IMG/VR virus record: IMGVR_UViG_3300042914_002625
Location: 1 to 24,509 of that record
DNA: 24,509 nt
DNA from: a virus
Lineage: Duplodnaviria > Caudoviricetes
Direction: 5' to 3' (one strand)
Part shown: in pieces, positions 22,422 through 24,509 of the stretch
How positions within the stretch are numbered: position 1 is the first letter of the stretch
Layout: each line of letters opens with the position of its first letter
Made by a program: the position numbers and the translations under genes
Notes under the pieces: generated by a model
Database searches by the model: none
Told to the model about the DNA's origin: nothing
What the model saw: the letters and a program-made list of their open reading frames with translations, nothing else

Positions 22422-22667
22422 CTAGTTTGAGGAAAGCTTGATCGCTTGCGAAAGATTGTTGCACCAAACACCAGCCGAGTAATCAGCTTGAGCGTTGTCG
22501 TTGTCGTTGATCGATCGAACCTTGATGCAACCGATCGAATCGGATTCACTCCCGAGACGATTGAACTCGATAACTTGGCTTCCCTTGCGTCCGCTAAATC
22601 GCACTCCCGAGCCAGTTACCTCGAATCCGCTTTTGACCAACTTTTTAACTGCGTTTGCTACTGTCAT
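22422..22667 (-). CDS. Hypothetical protein, first gene of the early operon (81 aa)
   Basis: GGAGA SD, directly downstream of the promoter and leader hairpin. Confidence 0.7.
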   Translation of the reverse strand: MTVANAVKKLVKSGFEVTGSGVRFSGRKGSQVIEFNRLGSESDSIGCIKVRSINDNDNAQADYSAGVWCNNLSQAIKLSSN

Positions 22668-22690
22668 CTTGCTAATCTCCGGTTGATTTC

Positions 22691-22748
22691 CGTCAGGTCT
22701 CAGTTGCCTGACGTGTGTATATTAATCGACCGGCCCGATAAAGGTCAA
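22691..22748 (-). promoter_or_regulatory. Sigma70-type early promoter and 5' leader hairpin
   Basis: TTGACC (22748-22743), 18 nt spacer, TAATAT (22724-22719), then hairpin CGTCAGG-N9-CCTGACG (22713-22691) at the predicted transcript start. Confidence 0.65.
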
Positions 22749-22832
22749 CAGGTTTTCAGGAAAAGATGTAGAAGTTTCCCAAAATAGTCGTTTCGCCAAT
22801 GAAAACGCAGGGAAAAAAGATTGAGAGAATTT

Positions 22833-23132
22833 TTAGCCGGTGACTGTTTTTTCGTAGATCCGGTAGCAATCCAGGTGGGCTTGAGCCCATTGCGGCCCAT
22901 GTTCGCCGGTGTTTTCCCACTCAAGATAGGCGATGGCGTGAGCAAATTCGTGAACCAGGGTATCTAGTTGGACTTGCTCTGGACGACTGCTATCAATGCG
23001 AATGCGGAAATAGCCATCCATTCTAAGGCAATCACCCAGCAATCTCGCAGGCATCTTGCAACGCCTCACCGAGATGCTGATAGTTGGGTTGGCTTGCTTG
23101 AGTGCATCGCGAAGGGCTCGAAAGTTATCCAT
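22833..23132 (-). CDS. Small HExxH zinc metallopeptidase (SprT-like)
   Basis: TLVHEFAH...EHGPQW gives HExxH plus a third His ligand. Confidence 0.75.
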   Translation of the reverse strand: MDNFRALRDALKQANPTISISVRRCKMPARLLGDCLRMDGYFRIRIDSSRPEQVQLDTLVHEFAHAIAYLEWENTGEHGPQWAQAHLDCYRIYEKTVTG

Positions 23133-24137
23133 TTACGCACCTCGAACCTCTCCGCGTTTATTTATCCGGAAATTCGCAACATTGAAACTGCCATCGTTGG
23201 CAACTTCGACAAATGCAAAACCATGATTCCATCGGTTTACGCGAGCATATTGTGGAGTCATGTCGCACAAGCAACCCGTTGACCATACGAACGTCTCGCT
23301 GTGGAACATGTCGGTATCAGCATGGCCCGATGTTTGGTGCGAATGACCGACCAAGACCGTATGATGCGTCCGAAGGAATGCACCTCTCGCAGGGTTGACG
23401 GGAGAGAAGATCGACCGCCCTAATTCGTGACCGTGAAGCACCGGAAGTTTTCCAAGCATGATCGGCAATTGATCGCCTATCATTTCGATGCCGAGTCGCT
23501 TGCATTGCGTTAGCTCGTCAATTCGCACCGCTGCTAGATCATAGATCTCAGGAGCTCGATTCCAAATGAAGTGATCCCATCGCTCCTCATGGTTGCCCTG
23601 CTTGTAGACGATGCGGATCTTCGGGAACTCCGACCGCAACCATTCAAGCCCCTCGACGACTGACTTGAGCTCCTCCGAAAACCGCCGATGCTTCGGATCT
23701 CGCTGATGCCTTGAGACTTGGTAGAAGTCGGCGAAGTCTCCATTGATAAGCAAGCAATCCGGTTTCATCGATTTGAGCCGCTTTACCGCTGCACCAAAGG
23801 CCGTTTCCGAGTGATATGGTATGTGAACATCCGAGATAATCGCGATGCGTTTGGCGTTGACCTGGACGGGTTCCCAAGCCTCGGCCATCGATGGTGGCAT
23901 CTTCGGGACTTGACCAGCTTTACCTTTTGGCCTTGGTTGGGTTGCTTGGTTCCTTTGTCGCTTGCCCATTGCACCTCGAATTGTCCGAATCATGCTTCTC
24001 GCATTATCAATTGAGGTAAATGTTTCCGGTCGCTCTTTCTTGGCTCGCTTGGCTAGCCCTAAGTTGGAAGCTTCGGGAAACTTTTTGCAGAGTTCTTCAA
24101 TGTAGATCCGTCCCGCTGTTTTTGGTGATCCCGCCAT
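23133..24137 (-). CDS. Calcineurin-like metallophosphoesterase with basic N-terminal extension
   Basis: SDVH, NGDFAD, GNHE, HGHE and GHSH motifs; GGAGG SD before ATG at 24137. Confidence 0.9.
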   Translation of the reverse strand: MAGSPKTAGRIYIEELCKKFPEASNLGLAKRAKKERPETFTSIDNARSMIRTIRGAMGKRQRNQATQPRPKGKAGQVPKMPPSMAEAWEPVQVNAKRIAIISDVHIPYHSETAFGAAVKRLKSMKPDCLLINGDFADFYQVSRHQRDPKHRRFSEELKSVVEGLEWLRSEFPKIRIVYKQGNHEERWDHFIWNRAPEIYDLAAVRIDELTQCKRLGIEMIGDQLPIMLGKLPVLHGHELGRSIFSPVNPARGAFLRTHHTVLVGHSHQTSGHADTDMFHSETFVWSTGCLCDMTPQYARVNRWNHGFAFVEVANDGSFNVANFRINKRGEVRGA

Positions 24138-24486
24138 CGTCTTTCCTCCAGATTGAATAAGCTTCGTCCAAAGTGATTTGTGGCTTGCCAAGCTTCGCAT
24201 TAACTGCGTTGTGAAGTCTCACGCCCCAAGCGAAAAAAGCTTCGGGGCTTGAGAAGTCAGGAGCGTTCTCGGCTTTCCATGCCCGATAGAATGCTTTGCA
24301 TTGACAACCGTATTGAGGGATGGATAGTTCCCAGTCGGCAAGGCTCTTTGCGTCAAATACTGTGCCATCATGCAAAGCGATCCAGGGATTGACAATCGGT
24401 CTTTGCTCATACGAAAAATGGTCGAGCCTGCTTGGTGGCCTTGGTGCTTCGCTTGGGTAAATGAATCTAGTATTTCGCTCGATCAT
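24097..24486 (-). CDS. Erv1/Alr-like FAD-dependent sulfhydryl oxidase
   Basis: WIALH...GCQC...FFAWGVRLHNAVNAKLGKP...EAYSIW matches the Erv/ALR WxxxH, Cys pair and WxxxxHNxVNxxLGK pattern, but with CxC in place of CxxC. Confidence 0.7.
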   Translation of the reverse strand: MIERNTRFIYPSEAPRPPSRLDHFSYEQRPIVNPWIALHDGTVFDAKSLADWELSIPQYGCQCKAFYRAWKAENAPDFSSPEAFFAWGVRLHNAVNAKLGKPQITLDEAYSIWRKDDGGITKNSGTDLH

Positions 24487-24509
24487 GTTAACTCAATCGT
24501 GACCGAAGG
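24483..24509 (-). CDS. 3' end of an upstream gene (partial)
   Basis: Open frame PSVTIELT* whose TGA overlaps the ATG of the Erv-like gene. Confidence 0.4.
   Translation of the reverse strand, partial: PSVTIELT

Noticed and set aside
29-24014. All plus-strand ORFs in the track and the nested alternative-frame minus-strand ORFs
   Set aside because: They lie antisense to or inside well-supported, tightly coupled minus-strand genes and show no recognisable motifs; treated as shadow ORFs.
1-24509. CRISPR array, integrase/att site, transposase, reverse transcriptase or recoded stop codons
   Set aside because: No regularly spaced repeat-spacer array or relevant protein motifs were seen, and genes tile the strand fully under the standard code using all three stops.

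Overview
A 24.5 kb segment of a tailed double-stranded DNA (pro)phage genome, with every credible gene on the minus strand. Reading right to left in the direction of transcription: (1) the end of a late block with an Erv1/Alr-like sulfhydryl oxidase, a calcineurin-like metallophosphoesterase and an HExxH SprT-like protein; (2) a sigma70-type promoter at about 22.7 kb starting an early/middle operon of many small ORFs plus a RecE-like exonuclease, RecT, DnaN clamp, thermonuclease, SNF2-like helicase, DNA amino-methyltransferase, replication initiator with iterons, DUF3310, RusA, a nucleoside-deoxyribosyltransferase-like/TGT(DpdA)-like pair and a ribbon-helix-helix regulator; (3) a second promoter at about 7.1 kb starting a late block with holin-like and membrane proteins, a papain-like protease, a CxxC protein, a CarF/TMEM189-like lipid desaturase, LamG and repeat-containing virion proteins, and a truncated HNH endonuclease. 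The most striking signal lies between the genes: a textbook type I hammerhead ribozyme, three non-canonical tRNA-like elements (acceptor stem and T-arm intact, middle replaced), a ~180 nt structured RNA carrying anti-Shine-Dalgarno sequences, and a possible pseudoknotted leader. All calls come from motif recognition and manual base-pairing; no searches or folding programs were run.
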